DNA of 64,000 bases from Dendrobates tinctorius (taxonomy: Eukaryota): the NCBI RefSeq assembly GCF_039654945.1, contig NW_027361869.1, forward strand, positions 7,936,001 through 8,000,000. Reading direction: 5' to 3'. Position 1 is the stretch's first letter. The number at the start of each line of letters is the position of its first letter. The position numbers and the translations under genes were made by a program. A model generated the notes under the pieces. The model did no database searches. It saw nothing but the letters and a program-made list of their open reading frames with translations, and was not told the DNA's origin. Positions 63,852 to 64,000 of the stretch are shown one piece after another.

Positions 63852-64000
63852 ACAGGTGTTCAGTCCGGTCAGTTAATCCCCTGATGTGTGTCCGGCAATG
63901 TCGCCTGCTCTGTCCACATTCCCATTATGGGAATGTGGACAGAGCAGGCGACATTGCCGGACACACATCAGGGGATTAACTGACCGGACTGAACACCTGT
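63852..64000. repeat. Perfect palindrome centred at 63926 (truncated by the window edge)
   Basis: ...GTCCACATTCCCA-TTA-TGGGAATGTGGAC...; arms exactly complementary to the window end. Confidence 0.93.

Larger units (their letters stand above)
55314..64000 (+). mobile_element. hAT DNA transposon, apparently autonomous; right end outside the window
   Basis: Starts TAGTGTTGAGC directly after satellite CTGATCAT; subterminal CCGATA/TATCGG/TCGGAA repeats; intact transposase. That the element extends to the window end is inferred. Confidence 0.85.

Overview
Eukaryotic (vertebrate) DNA. A frog origin is my inference from the repeat families. The window contains a replication-dependent histone cluster, H2A(-) H2B(+) H4(+) H3(-) H1(-), at about 42.4-50.8 kb, embedded in about 21 kb of a 36-bp satellite (consensus GGTGGTGGCACTGATCATACAGCTCTGCAGGGATGA, roughly 550-600 copies). 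Retro- and DNA transposons interrupt the satellite: a full-length chromodomain Ty3/Gypsy element with an apparent self-priming PBS, a near full-length L2 LINE, a Penelope-like fragment with a degenerate hammerhead motif, two ORF-intact L1 copies inside a ~10.5-kb tandem duplication, and an apparently autonomous hAT transposon carrying 180-bp tandem arrays and long palindromes. The main observation is that the satellite monomer, read on the minus strand, is laid out like a histone pre-mRNA 3'-processing signal: 3' arm of the stem-loop, ACCACC, spacer, then the U7-binding HDE AGAGCTGTA. Six monomers grow directly out of the H1 stem-loop. The locus may therefore carry hundreds of tandem U7 snRNP sites. 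All alignments and counts were done by eye.
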